The notes under the pieces: generated by a model
Told to the model about the DNA's origin: nothing
Database searches by the model: none
Seen by the model: the letters and a program-made list of their open reading frames with translations, nothing else
Source: Candidatus Sumerlaeales bacterium
Lineage (GTDB): Bacteria > Sumerlaeota > Sumerlaeia > Sumerlaeales > Sumerlaeaceae
NCBI GenBank assembly: GCA_038243585.1
Contig: JBBSQY010000032.1
Span: forward strand, 1 to 37,938
Length of the DNA stretch: 37,938 nt
Direction of reading: 5' to 3'
Shown: piece by piece, positions 19,476 through 28,552 of the stretch
Numbering within the stretch: position 1 is the stretch's first letter
Layout: each line of letters opens with the position of its first letter
Program-made: the position numbers and the translations under genes

Positions 19476-19909
19476 TGGCTGACGAGACGGAAGGCGGCGT
19501 AGCGTCAGCTCTGGCCGAAGCGTCTGGTCGGGACCGTCCCGCCATAATTTTGATACTTCACGGCAGCCCACGCCCCAGTGCAAACCAACCTGCGTGCCAG
19601 ATCGCGGAGGTTCTTCGCGGCTCGGACAGATTCTCTCAAGTGATGATGGCGTACCTTGAATGCAACTCGCCGACAATTCCGGAGGCCCTGGATGAGTGCG
19701 CCAGCAGCGGTGCCAAACGAGTAATCGCGGTGCCCTACTTTCTACACGCCGGCCGTCACATCGTGCTTGATGTTCCGAACCTGCTTCTGGAAGCCGAGCT
19801 TCGCCATCCGCAAATGCAAATATTAATTTGTGACGCTGTGGGAACGTCCCCATTAATAGCGAAAGCCCTGACCGGCAGAGCCCATGAGGCGCTTGCAAAG
19901 TCATCATAG
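19472..19909 (+). CDS. Short CbiX/SirB-family sirohydrochlorin chelatase
   Basis: LHGSPR, AYLECNSPTIPEAL and VPYFLHAGRHIVLDVP (both His ligands present). ATGA overlap with the previous gene. Confidence 0.85.
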   Translation: MMADETEGGVASALAEASGRDRPAIILILHGSPRPSANQPACQIAEVLRGSDRFSQVMMAYLECNSPTIPEALDECASSGAKRVIAVPYFLHAGRHIVLDVPNLLLEAELRHPQMQILICDAVGTSPLIAKALTGRAHEALAKSS

Positions 19910-20008
19910 GAAACGTTATGTGAGGAGCGATCAGGTCCCAACCACTCTCCCATTTTCCCGCTAAAAGCTCATATCAATTGCGACTTTGTTGCTACCGCAG
20001 CCCGGCAG

Positions 20009-20512
20009 TTACATTGGCTGCATCATCAGATCCGGAGACGCTCCAGCCACAGGTTTTGTGGTAATCTCATCGAGCATTGTTTTTACCTCAGGATTATAAG
20101 AAACGACGCTGGCTGCAGCCTCCAACAGCGGGCGAGCTTCTTCAATTTTCCCCTGATCAATCAGCGTCCGTGCCTGCGCTACCTGGGCCTGCGCCTGAGT
20201 CTCTAGCGCAGCCTCCGCCTGGAGAGTGCTGAAGTCGAACATGTTCAGGTCCGCAACCCGCTTAATATCCGGCGCCGACTCGAGGGTCGGGGTTCCGGAC
20301 ATATTTTGCAGCAGCTCCAATGAAGGGCTCTCCGCCAGCTGATCTGTAAACAATGCTTCTTTGCCTGTCGCATCCGCAGAACCCAACGCGCTGTTTTGCT
20401 CCTGCCACCACGCGAAAAGCAGTCCGGCAAAAATCAACGCCAAAATACCGATAGTGATTTTGTCCGCATTCTTAGCCAGTTTCTTTTTCGTTTGCGCAGA
20501 TTTTTCGCTCAT
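20009..20512 (-). CDS. Bitopic membrane protein with a C-terminal TPR-like helical pair; probable partner of PilMN
   Basis: Basic N-terminus, TM segment ITIGILALIFAGLLFAWW, TPR-like QARTLIDQGKIEEARPLLEAAASVVSYNPEVKTML. Lies 47 nt downstream of pilMN on the same strand. Confidence 0.65.
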   Translation of the reverse strand: MSEKSAQTKKKLAKNADKITIGILALIFAGLLFAWWQEQNSALGSADATGKEALFTDQLAESPSLELLQNMSGTPTLESAPDIKRVADLNMFDFSTLQAEAALETQAQAQVAQARTLIDQGKIEEARPLLEAAASVVSYNPEVKTMLDEITTKPVAGASPDLMMQPM

Positions 20513-20559
20513 GTAATAATCCCATATTCTATATGACTTTAGTTAAACCGGCAAAACTC

Positions 20560-22530
20560 TTACATCATGCCTTCCATGCCCATCATGGCTGGGTCGCCCA
20601 TGTAGCCCATCCCGGCATCCGGGGTAGCTGCAGGCGCTGGCGTCCAATGGCCTGGCGTCAACGTTACTCTTGCGGGGGCCAAACGGGTGCTCTTCCAGGC
20701 CACTTCGCCAATGACGATAAAGGTCTGTTGGGCAGCACCGGCAGAAGGATTGGCGGCCGTGCCTGCGTTAGTCAGCTGCACGGTGTCCGCTTTGATCCAT
20801 TCAGGCTGAAGCCTTATGGCGTTAAGAAAAGAGACATAGGCGCTCTGCGACTGTGCTTTGCCGGTAATCCGGAACTTGCCGTTTGGCTGTAGTTCCAAGG
20901 CGTCAAATGCCACACCCGCCGGCTTCATGCTTTCAAGGGCGGCCATAAATTCCAGCCAGAAGTCTCGATCCCCAAGAGCCTGACCCACTGCCGTTATTTT
21001 ACTTTCCACGGCCTGCCGCTCGGCTCGCGCCTGGCTCAAGAGCCCTCGGTCCGTATTTGCCTGGGTCAGAGAATCCTGATTTTTATTAATCCAGCCGCGC
21101 ATATTGCTGATTTCACTGGTACCGATTAATGCGCTTAGACCGATCAAGGCAAGCAACAGCGCCGCCATAATCCCCAGCTCCAACTTTTTCTTTTTAAATT
21201 CTCTTACGGTTTTCAGGTCCCGAGGCAGAAAATCCGCGTTGACGTGACCAAACCCGAGTCCGCTGAGCGCCAGGCCAAATGCCACCAGGTAAGACGTCAA
21301 AACACTCCCGCTTGGCCCATCCACAATTAGCAGATCCGGATTCTGCGGCGCTTCCCGCAATTCGACAGGAACACCCAGACGATCTTCCATAAAGCTGGCA
21401 AGACCCGCCAGCTCTGCTCCCCCGCCGCTGATTACGACACTGTCAACGGCCATACCATCGGGCTGCGCGATATAGAAATCAAAGGACTTGCGGATTTCAA
21501 GGACCATCTTCTCTGCCCATTTCACCGCAATTTCCGAAGCGGGATTGGTAGGTTCAGTGTCCAGGTCCAGGCTGGTCGGAAGTACAACTTCTGTTTTCTT
21601 CAACTCATCCGCCTGCGCGGGATCAATATTAAGCTGCGCCACTAGAAGACGGGTTAGTTCTCCGCCGGCCCAGGCCACGCTGCGGGTAAAGCCGAGCATC
21701 TTGCGGCGGCCGTGACGGGCGATAGCCAGATCAAATGTCCGGCTGCCGATGTTGATGTAAGCCTTAACTTCTTCAAACAAGTCGTCCGCAGGCGGAAGAT
21801 CATCTATTTGGAACGTGTCTCCGTCCAGATCCTCTGGCATGGTCGCAGAAGCAACATCGTCCGGATCAAGCTTCTTTTTCTTGCCCAGCGACATCTTCGG
21901 CATCTTGAAGGATTTCTTGGTGGCGCGCTTGCCTGAGTCTGTTGATGGGGCTGCGGAAGTCGGCGCTTCAGCCTCTTTCAGCGCTTCCATCATATCGGCG
22001 AACGGCGTGCTGTCGAACACGTGAAAATTGAACAGGGCCAGGGATGTGACCGAAATCATGGCCGGCCGCAGACCACATTTGCGCACGAGACCCATGAAGT
22101 CGTTAACAATATCTGTTTTAATGGCGGCCAGCAGCACTTCCACCTCGCCGGAATCGCCGTAGTCGAACACCTGATACTCCATTAATGAAAGCTCAGGAGG
22201 AAATGGAATCTGCTGCTTCGCCTCATAAGCCACGATGCGGTGCAGGCGCTCTTCGTTTGTACGCGGGAATCGAATACGACGGATAAATACGTTCTGCCCC
22301 GGCACGGAAAAGACGGCGTCTTTCGTAGTAATTTTGTTGGCGCTAATTAATTGGCGCACAACCTTGGCGATCTCGTCCATGCGCGCCTGGTCCATGGGGC
22401 CCGGAGGCAGAGCCACTTCCCCACGCAGCATACGGGTTATCCGTGCACCGTTTTTTTCGGCGACTATTTCGGCAATCTTCACACTTGTGGTGCCGACATC
22501 AATTCCAAGGCATTTCTTAAGCCGCTGCAT
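20560..22530 (-). CDS. pilM: Type IV pilus assembly PilM-PilN fusion protein
   Basis: LGIDVGTTSVKIAE, EAKQQIPFP, EIRKSFDFY, ISGGGAELAGL, AFGLAL (actin-like PilM). Then VNADFLPR, a TM helix, a coiled coil and a ferredoxin-like PilN domain (FRITGKA...FLNAI). Confidence 0.85.
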   Translation of the reverse strand: MQRLKKCLGIDVGTTSVKIAEIVAEKNGARITRMLRGEVALPPGPMDQARMDEIAKVVRQLISANKITTKDAVFSVPGQNVFIRRIRFPRTNEERLHRIVAYEAKQQIPFPPELSLMEYQVFDYGDSGEVEVLLAAIKTDIVNDFMGLVRKCGLRPAMISVTSLALFNFHVFDSTPFADMMEALKEAEAPTSAAPSTDSGKRATKKSFKMPKMSLGKKKKLDPDDVASATMPEDLDGDTFQIDDLPPADDLFEEVKAYINIGSRTFDLAIARHGRRKMLGFTRSVAWAGGELTRLLVAQLNIDPAQADELKKTEVVLPTSLDLDTEPTNPASEIAVKWAEKMVLEIRKSFDFYIAQPDGMAVDSVVISGGGAELAGLASFMEDRLGVPVELREAPQNPDLLIVDGPSGSVLTSYLVAFGLALSGLGFGHVNADFLPRDLKTVREFKKKKLELGIMAALLLALIGLSALIGTSEISNMRGWINKNQDSLTQANTDRGLLSQARAERQAVESKITAVGQALGDRDFWLEFMAALESMKPAGVAFDALELQPNGKFRITGKAQSQSAYVSFLNAIRLQPEWIKADTVQLTNAGTAANPSAGAAQQTFIVIGEVAWKSTRLAPARVTLTPGHWTPAPAATPDAGMGYMGDPAMMGMEGMM

Positions 22531-22860
22531 AACCGGTCAGACGCCCTCCAGACTCAAAAAACGTTTTGATACAATGGACAAATAAGTAAAACAATTTGGC
22601 GCTGTCCAATACTTTTCGTACAACTTCCCGGTTAAATATTAAACCCGCCAAAGCCGCCAATCCATGAAGTAACGAATGCGCCTCACCTTTGTGAGCAAAC
22701 GATAATCGAAAAAAGTCGTTTAAATCGCCTGCGAATACCGTTCCCTGACCCCTTAGCCGTGACGCCTTTTTAACTCCATCGAAAGAACAGCCGACGGTAC
22801 CCCCTACGAGTTCGCAATTTCCGGCGAATGCCCATCCCCTCACATCATATATCGTGCCTT

Positions 22861-25761
22861 ATGACGAATGACAACTCGACCACCGACGCCGCGTCCCGCG
22901 AGCTTCCCACCCGCTATGATCCTCACGCCACCGAAGCCCGCTGGTATCCGCACTGGGAACAGCATGGCTATTTCAAGGCAGACGTCAACGCGCCCGGCGA
23001 GCCCTATTGCATCGTCATACCGCCACCCAACATAACCGGCATCCTCCACATGGGCCATGCCCTCAATAACACTCTGCAGGACGTTCTTATCCGCTGGAAG
23101 CGCATGGCGGGCTACAACGCTCTATGGATCCCCGGCACCGACCATGCTTCCATCGCCACGCAATATGTGGTGGAGAAAAAGCTGCGTGAAGAGGGAATGG
23201 AACGGCCCCGCGAAACCCTAGGGCGCGAAAAATTTCTTGATGAAATCTGGAAGTGGAAAGAGAAACACGGCGGCATCATTGTTGATCAGCTTAAGCGGCT
23301 GGGGTCCTCCTGCGACTGGAGCCGTGAGCGCTTCACAATGGACGAGGGTTTGTCGCGGGCGGTGCGCCATGTTTTTGCCCGGCTTTACGAGCAAGGTCAC
23401 ATCTATCGCGGAAACTATCTGGTCAACTGGTGCCCCCGATGTCAGACCACCCTCGCAGACGATGAAGTCGAATACAAAGACAGCGTCGGAAAGCTATGGC
23501 ATCTTAAATACCCGATTGAGGGGGAGCCTGGGCGCTTCGCTACTGTCGCAACCACCCGCCCTGAAACAATGCTTGGAGACACCGCCGTGGCGGTTAACCC
23601 TAAAGATGAACGCTACTCGGACCTTATCGGCAAATACTGCCTGCTACCGCTTGTGAATCGCCGCATACCAATTATAGCTGATGACTTTGTCGAGCGAGAG
23701 TTTGGAACGGGAATGGTGAAAATCACTCCCGCCCATGATCCAAACGATTATCAGGCCGGAAAACGCCACAATCTGGAAGAGATCAACGTGCTCACTCCAG
23801 ACGCCCACATCAACGAGAACGGCGGCGCATACGAGGGGCTGGATCGCTACGAGGCCCGTCGTCGCATTGTTGCGGATATGGAAGCCCAGGGCCTGCTTGA
23901 AAAGATTGAGGATCACCCTCAGCGTATCGGTGCCTGCTACCGTTGCGCCAGCGTAGTCGAGCCGTACCTGAGTTTGCAATGGTTTGTAAAGATCGCGCCG
24001 TTGGCTGAAAAAGCGCGTAAATCCGTGGAAGAGGGACGGGTTAATTTCCATCCAGATGCCCGAAAAGCCGATTATTTCCGCTGGATCGATAATGTGCGTG
24101 ACTGGGCCATTTCCCGCCAGCTCTGGTGGGGACACCAGATCCCTGCCTTCTATGAAGCCGACGGCACGGTGATCGTCCCGGCTTCTGACGAAGAATACGC
24201 CGCCCTGCGCGCCCGTGTTGCCGCCGGCGACGGCCTCCGTCAGGACGACGACGTTCTTGACACTTGGTTTTCCAGCGCCCTCTGGCCCTTTTCCACCCTC
24301 GGATGGCCGGACAAAACCGCTGAATTGGATAAATATTATCCCACAGCCACCCTTGTCACTGCCAAAGACATCATCTTTTTCTGGGTCGCCCGAATGATTA
24401 TGATGGGCGAGCATTTTATGGACACCGCACCCTTTAGCGACGTCTATTTCAACCCCATCGTCGGAGACGAGCACGGCAAAAAGATGAGCAAGAGTAAGGG
24501 CAACGCCCTCGACCCCCTTGACCTCATTGGCGAGTTTGGCACTGACGCCCTCCGCATTACTCTGGCTGCCTATGCCGGTCGTGAGCAGCACATCGCTTTC
24601 AGCACGAAAGAGCTGGAAGGCTATCGCAACTTCATGAACAAGATTTGGAATGCGACTCGTCTGATTCTATCCAATCTGGAAGATATGCCGAGCCACGCTG
24701 TCAGTCATGCCGGCCCTCTGCATGCCATTGCCCGCGAGGAGTTGGCACTGGAAGATCGCTGGATTCTATCACGCTTCGCCGAGACTGTCGAAGGCTATAA
24801 CAAGGCGTTGGAAGAGTTCCAATTTGATCAGGCCGTAAAGGTTTTCCGCGAGTTCTTCTGGAATGACTTCTGCGATTATTACCTGGAACTGGTCAAGCCG
24901 CGCCTGTACGCCAACCAAAACGACCTAAGCGCCACGCCAGAGTCCATCCACAGCCGTACCAATGCCCAGGCACTGCTGTTTACGCTGCTCGAATCTTCCA
25001 TGCGTCTGCTGCATCCAATATGTCCGTTTATAACGGAAGAGATATGGCAGGTTCTGCGCAATCTCCGTAGCGATGATATCGGGTTTAACTCACCCGGCAT
25101 AACAATGACCAGCCACATCGCTCCGCCAATCTTCAGCCCAAGCCAGGATGAAGTGATAGAGGGCGTGGTTAATCCCAACAGCGGGAGCTGCGACACCCTG
25201 GGCACCAGATCTCTCGCGGCGCTTGAGTCAAAAAGCATCATGATCAGCTCATGGGTTGATTTTGATCCGGAGCAGATGAAAGATAGCACCGCCGTAGCAC
25301 AGACGGAAGTAATGCAGCAAGTGCTGTATGCGATAAGAAATATCCGCGGTGAAATGCGCATCCCTCCCGGGGTCGCCGCCTCCATTTTGCTGGTTACACC
25401 AGATAGCGGCACACGAGACCTTCTCGTGGAACACGGCAACTTCTTTACGACGCTGACTAATATCAAGAGCCTCCTCATCAAGGAGGCCGCCGAACCCCCT
25501 GCTTTCGCGGCCACGGCCGTGACCGCAGGAGTTACGATTTTTGTAGAATTGCCCGAAGAGCTCCGCGGGCAGGAACGCGAACGCCTGCAAAAAGAGGTGT
25601 CGCGTCTGGAAAAGGAATGCGAGCGCCTGGTTGCTAAGCTCGCAAACTCCAGTTTTACGTCAAAGGCCCCGGCGGACGTAATTCAGAAGGAGCAGGAAAA
25701 GCTCACCTCTCAGATGAATGAAATGGACCAGTTGCGGGCAAAACTGGCCATGTTGCTATAA
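22861..25761 (+). CDS. valS: Valine--tRNA ligase
   Basis: PPPNITGILHMGH (HIGH), GTDHASIATQ, ATTRPETMLGDTA, WAISRQLWWGH, KMSKS and a C-terminal coiled-coil arm. Confidence 0.98.
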   Translation: MTNDNSTTDAASRELPTRYDPHATEARWYPHWEQHGYFKADVNAPGEPYCIVIPPPNITGILHMGHALNNTLQDVLIRWKRMAGYNALWIPGTDHASIATQYVVEKKLREEGMERPRETLGREKFLDEIWKWKEKHGGIIVDQLKRLGSSCDWSRERFTMDEGLSRAVRHVFARLYEQGHIYRGNYLVNWCPRCQTTLADDEVEYKDSVGKLWHLKYPIEGEPGRFATVATTRPETMLGDTAVAVNPKDERYSDLIGKYCLLPLVNRRIPIIADDFVEREFGTGMVKITPAHDPNDYQAGKRHNLEEINVLTPDAHINENGGAYEGLDRYEARRRIVADMEAQGLLEKIEDHPQRIGACYRCASVVEPYLSLQWFVKIAPLAEKARKSVEEGRVNFHPDARKADYFRWIDNVRDWAISRQLWWGHQIPAFYEADGTVIVPASDEEYAALRARVAAGDGLRQDDDVLDTWFSSALWPFSTLGWPDKTAELDKYYPTATLVTAKDIIFFWVARMIMMGEHFMDTAPFSDVYFNPIVGDEHGKKMSKSKGNALDPLDLIGEFGTDALRITLAAYAGREQHIAFSTKELEGYRNFMNKIWNATRLILSNLEDMPSHAVSHAGPLHAIAREELALEDRWILSRFAETVEGYNKALEEFQFDQAVKVFREFFWNDFCDYYLELVKPRLYANQNDLSATPESIHSRTNAQALLFTLLESSMRLLHPICPFITEEIWQVLRNLRSDDIGFNSPGITMTSHIAPPIFSPSQDEVIEGVVNPNSGSCDTLGTRSLAALESKSIMISSWVDFDPEQMKDSTAVAQTEVMQQVLYAIRNIRGEMRIPPGVAASILLVTPDSGTRDLLVEHGNFFTTLTNIKSLLIKEAAEPPAFAATAVTAGVTIFVELPEELRGQERERLQKEVSRLEKECERLVAKLANSSFTSKAPADVIQKEQEKLTSQMNEMDQLRAKLAMLL

Positions 25762-25898
25762 TAATTAAACCAGGGCAGCGTCTAAACCTGACAAGCTGAA
25801 ATTAAAGCTGCAATATATGAGGTTAGGGTCAACCTCGGCTTAATGCTTATTTTAATTGGCCGCCCGTTTAGTTGATTAAGACAGAATCTATATACATG

Positions 25899-25944
25899 AA
25901 AAAAAGCCGGAGGGACAATAGACCATCTATTGTTCCTCCGGCTT
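25899..25944 (-). terminator. Rho-independent terminator of the amidase gene
   Basis: GCCGGAGG.ACAATAGA/TCTATTGT.CCTCCGGC long stem with A7 on the plus strand (U7 on minus). Confidence 0.85.
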
Positions 25945-25967
25945 AACAGATTCTGCGATAACTGGGT

Positions 25968-27167
25968 TTAGCTGTTTCCGCTCACGATCGGACGGCTCGC
26001 GCCAATCGCTTTGCTGCGCTCAGTAAGTACAACCCGCGACTTGTTCGAAGTTGTCAGCGATTGTGCATTCTTTTGAGAGGCGGCCACGAACTTCGTAACC
26101 GCTGCGCTCGGTTTTGCCGAAGCAGTGGCTTTGTTTGAGCTCGTGCTCTTTTTAGCTGCTAATGAGCTGTTGCCGACAGGACGGCGAGCGACTTGCTTGC
26201 CCGAACGGTCTACCGTGACTTCTTCATAAGTTTTGTTAAACATGGACTTACGCTCCACAACCTGGCGACGGACAATTGCCGCGTCCGCCATGGACTGTGC
26301 AGTATGGGCCTGATCATCAAGAGGAGCGAAAATACCATTAAAATCCACCTCGCCGCCTTTTGCGGTTCGGAAATGATTAAGTATGCCGGTGGCGATAGCC
26401 TTGGCTTCCATCTTATTATAAGAAAGGTTTGCCAGTTTCTGATCTTCTGTCGGGTTGCTCATAAATGACGCTTCAACAATGATGCCAGGCATGTCGATCT
26501 GGTTTAGAACCCGATAATCTCCGACCTTGGCGCCGACGTTACGGATTCCGAGGTACTTACTAACTGCGCTGGAAACATTTTCCGCCAGCGGCTGTGACGC
26601 TTTAGATGTCCCGCGGTAGAACACTGCGGTGTAATTGATCTTTGGTTTGCTTTTTCCGGCTTCGTTATGGTGAACACTCACAAAGAAATCCGCGTTATGG
26701 CGCTTCGCAGCATTGCTACGAAAATCCAGCTCTTCACGCAGACAGGAGCCACCGTCGCTACAGCGATTATCCGCAATTCGCGTCATTACCACGTTTGCGC
26801 CCGCCGCTTGCAGATATTGACGCAGGATAAGAGCGACGCGCAGATTTACATCACCCTCTGTTTGTCCGGTAACTATGCCGGTCGTTCCACCGGTATAACC
26901 GGGTTCAGTGCCTTGGCCACCGTGTCCGGGATCTACGCATATCGTGATTCCCGACAACGGCTTGTTTGTCTTTGCGCTAAAAAATGAAACAGGGCTGCGC
27001 GCGGGCAGGACATTCATGGGCGTAAGCTTTTGCAGCTTCAACGACGCGAATGCGGGATTGCCCTCCAGGATGGGCATTGAAGCCACATGGGTCACCTGAC
27101 TCTGTGGTATAAATGCCATTGCTGTGACTACTGATCCGGCCAACACATATCTCCAGATTTGCATCAC
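25968..27167 (-). CDS. N-acetylmuramoyl-L-alanine amidase (Amidase_3)
   Basis: Signal peptide, ICVDPGHGG, TEGDVNL, VMTR, FVSVHHN and IIVEASFMSN (Zn ligands H, E, H and the catalytic E). AGGAG RBS. Confidence 0.92.
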   Translation of the reverse strand: MMQIWRYVLAGSVVTAMAFIPQSQVTHVASMPILEGNPAFASLKLQKLTPMNVLPARSPVSFFSAKTNKPLSGITICVDPGHGGQGTEPGYTGGTTGIVTGQTEGDVNLRVALILRQYLQAAGANVVMTRIADNRCSDGGSCLREELDFRSNAAKRHNADFFVSVHHNEAGKSKPKINYTAVFYRGTSKASQPLAENVSSAVSKYLGIRNVGAKVGDYRVLNQIDMPGIIVEASFMSNPTEDQKLANLSYNKMEAKAIATGILNHFRTAKGGEVDFNGIFAPLDDQAHTAQSMADAAIVRRQVVERKSMFNKTYEEVTVDRSGKQVARRPVGNSSLAAKKSTSSNKATASAKPSAAVTKFVAASQKNAQSLTTSNKSRVVLTERSKAIGASRPIVSGNS

Positions 27168-27247
27168 TTTTCTCCTCTCAACTCAAAACACTAATTTACT
27201 GATTCTAACTATTTACTAATTCACCGCGATGCCCTGCAGCTATCCGA

Positions 27248-28399
27248 TTACATGCGACTTTGCTGCTGAACCTGATCCCAATGTATGCACCGAACTGTAT
27301 GGCCCGGAGATACCTCGAACAGCGGCGGAACCGCCTCGGTACACTCGACCGTTGCAAACGGGCACCTCGTATGAAACCGACATCCCGCAGGATGTTGACT
27401 CGGATCTGGAACGTTGCCTTCGATGGAGTAAAGTTTTTTCTGCTGCTTTATCTCATCTATCCGGGGAATCGATTTTAATAAGCCAACAGTATAAGGGTGA
27501 CCCGGGTTGTCAAACAAACTTTTCACATCAGAATATTCAACTATCTGGCCCGCGTACATCACCGCAACATGGTCGCTAATTTCCGCGATAACCCCAAGAT
27601 CGTGAGTTATCATCATAATTGAGGAGCCAAATTCCGCTTTAAGCTCCTCCATTAAATTTAAAATCTGGGCCTGCACTGTGACATCCAGCGCAGTCGTTGG
27701 CTCATCCGCAATCAGCAGGTCCGGATTGCAGGCCAGCGCCATGGCGATCATAACACGCTGGCGCATGCCGCCGCTCATCTGGTGGGGATACTCTTTTACG
27801 CGTTGCTTCGAGCTCGGAATTTTGACAAGGTCAAGCATTCGAACCGCTTCCTGCTCTGCCTCGCGCCGTCCCATCCCGCGATGAACCCTGAACACTTCGC
27901 CAATCTGATCCCCAACTGTAAAAACCGGATTGAGCGACGTCATTGGCTCTTGAAAAATCATGCTGATTTCATTACCGCGTATGCGCCGCATCTCCCGCTC
28001 GGAGAGATCCAGTAGATTTTTTCCCCGATAAAAAATCCGACCGTTTTCAATTTTACCTGGTGGTGTGGGAATCAGGCGCAAAATGGATAATGATGTCACG
28101 GACTTGCCGCAACCGGACTCCCCAACGATGCCCAGGGTTTGACCTTTTTTGATCGCGAAACTCACGCCGTCGACGGATTTATACGTGGCTTCCGAAGTGT
28201 GAAAGTAAGTCTTAAGATCGTCAACAACCAGCAGGTTATCCGCCGGATCCATATGCAACTGCTGGAAATGGGGTACAGACTGGGCCTTTTCGGACGCAGG
28301 GCCAGCCGGCAGGTTAGGTCGCACCGCGCCGTCGGGCTTTGGTGCCACGGCGCTCAAAGCCACTGTCCTAATTTTTTCTGTAATGCGATCATCGGTCAT
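27248..28399 (-). CDS. Oligopeptide/dipeptide ABC transporter ATP-binding subunit (OppD/DppD family)
   Basis: GESGCGKS Walker [34 protein letters not shown] and GCRFHTRCP. Start taken at ATG 28399 (uncertain). Confidence 0.93.
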   Translation of the reverse strand: MTDDRITEKIRTVALSAVAPKPDGAVRPNLPAGPASEKAQSVPHFQQLHMDPADNLLVVDDLKTYFHTSEATYKSVDGVSFAIKKGQTLGIVGESGCGKSVTSLSILRLIPTPPGKIENGRIFYRGKNLLDLSEREMRRIRGNEISMIFQEPMTSLNPVFTVGDQIGEVFRVHRGMGRREAEQEAVRMLDLVKIPSSKQRVKEYPHQMSGGMRQRVMIAMALACNPDLLIADEPTTALDVTVQAQILNLMEELKAEFGSSIMMITHDLGVIAEISDHVAVMYAGQIVEYSDVKSLFDNPGHPYTVGLLKSIPRIDEIKQQKKLYSIEGNVPDPSQHPAGCRFHTRCPFATVECTEAVPPLFEVSPGHTVRCIHWDQVQQQSRM

Positions 28400-28484
28400 A
28401 GAACTAAACCATTGGAGGGGCCTGTCAAGGCGAACCGACCAAAAAAGCGCATTGAAGTTTAAAAGCAGGATTCGGGGTGCATAC

Positions 28485-28521
28485 AAAAAAAGCCGGGAAG
28501 AGAAAAAGCTCTCTTCCCGGC
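28485..28521 (-). terminator. Rho-independent terminator of the secretin gene
   Basis: GCCGGGAAGAGA/TCTCTTCCCGGC 12-bp stem plus U7 on the minus strand, about 30 nt after the stop. Confidence 0.9.
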
Positions 28522-28552
28522 ATCAGTTTCAAACACTTTTGAACTGCTTTAA

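Noticed and set aside
25066..25230. Possible intein in valS
   Set aside because: Too short, with no N-terminal block A or His-Asn end.
23644..25514. 315- and 211-aa minus-strand ORFs
   Set aside because: Antisense shadows of valS.
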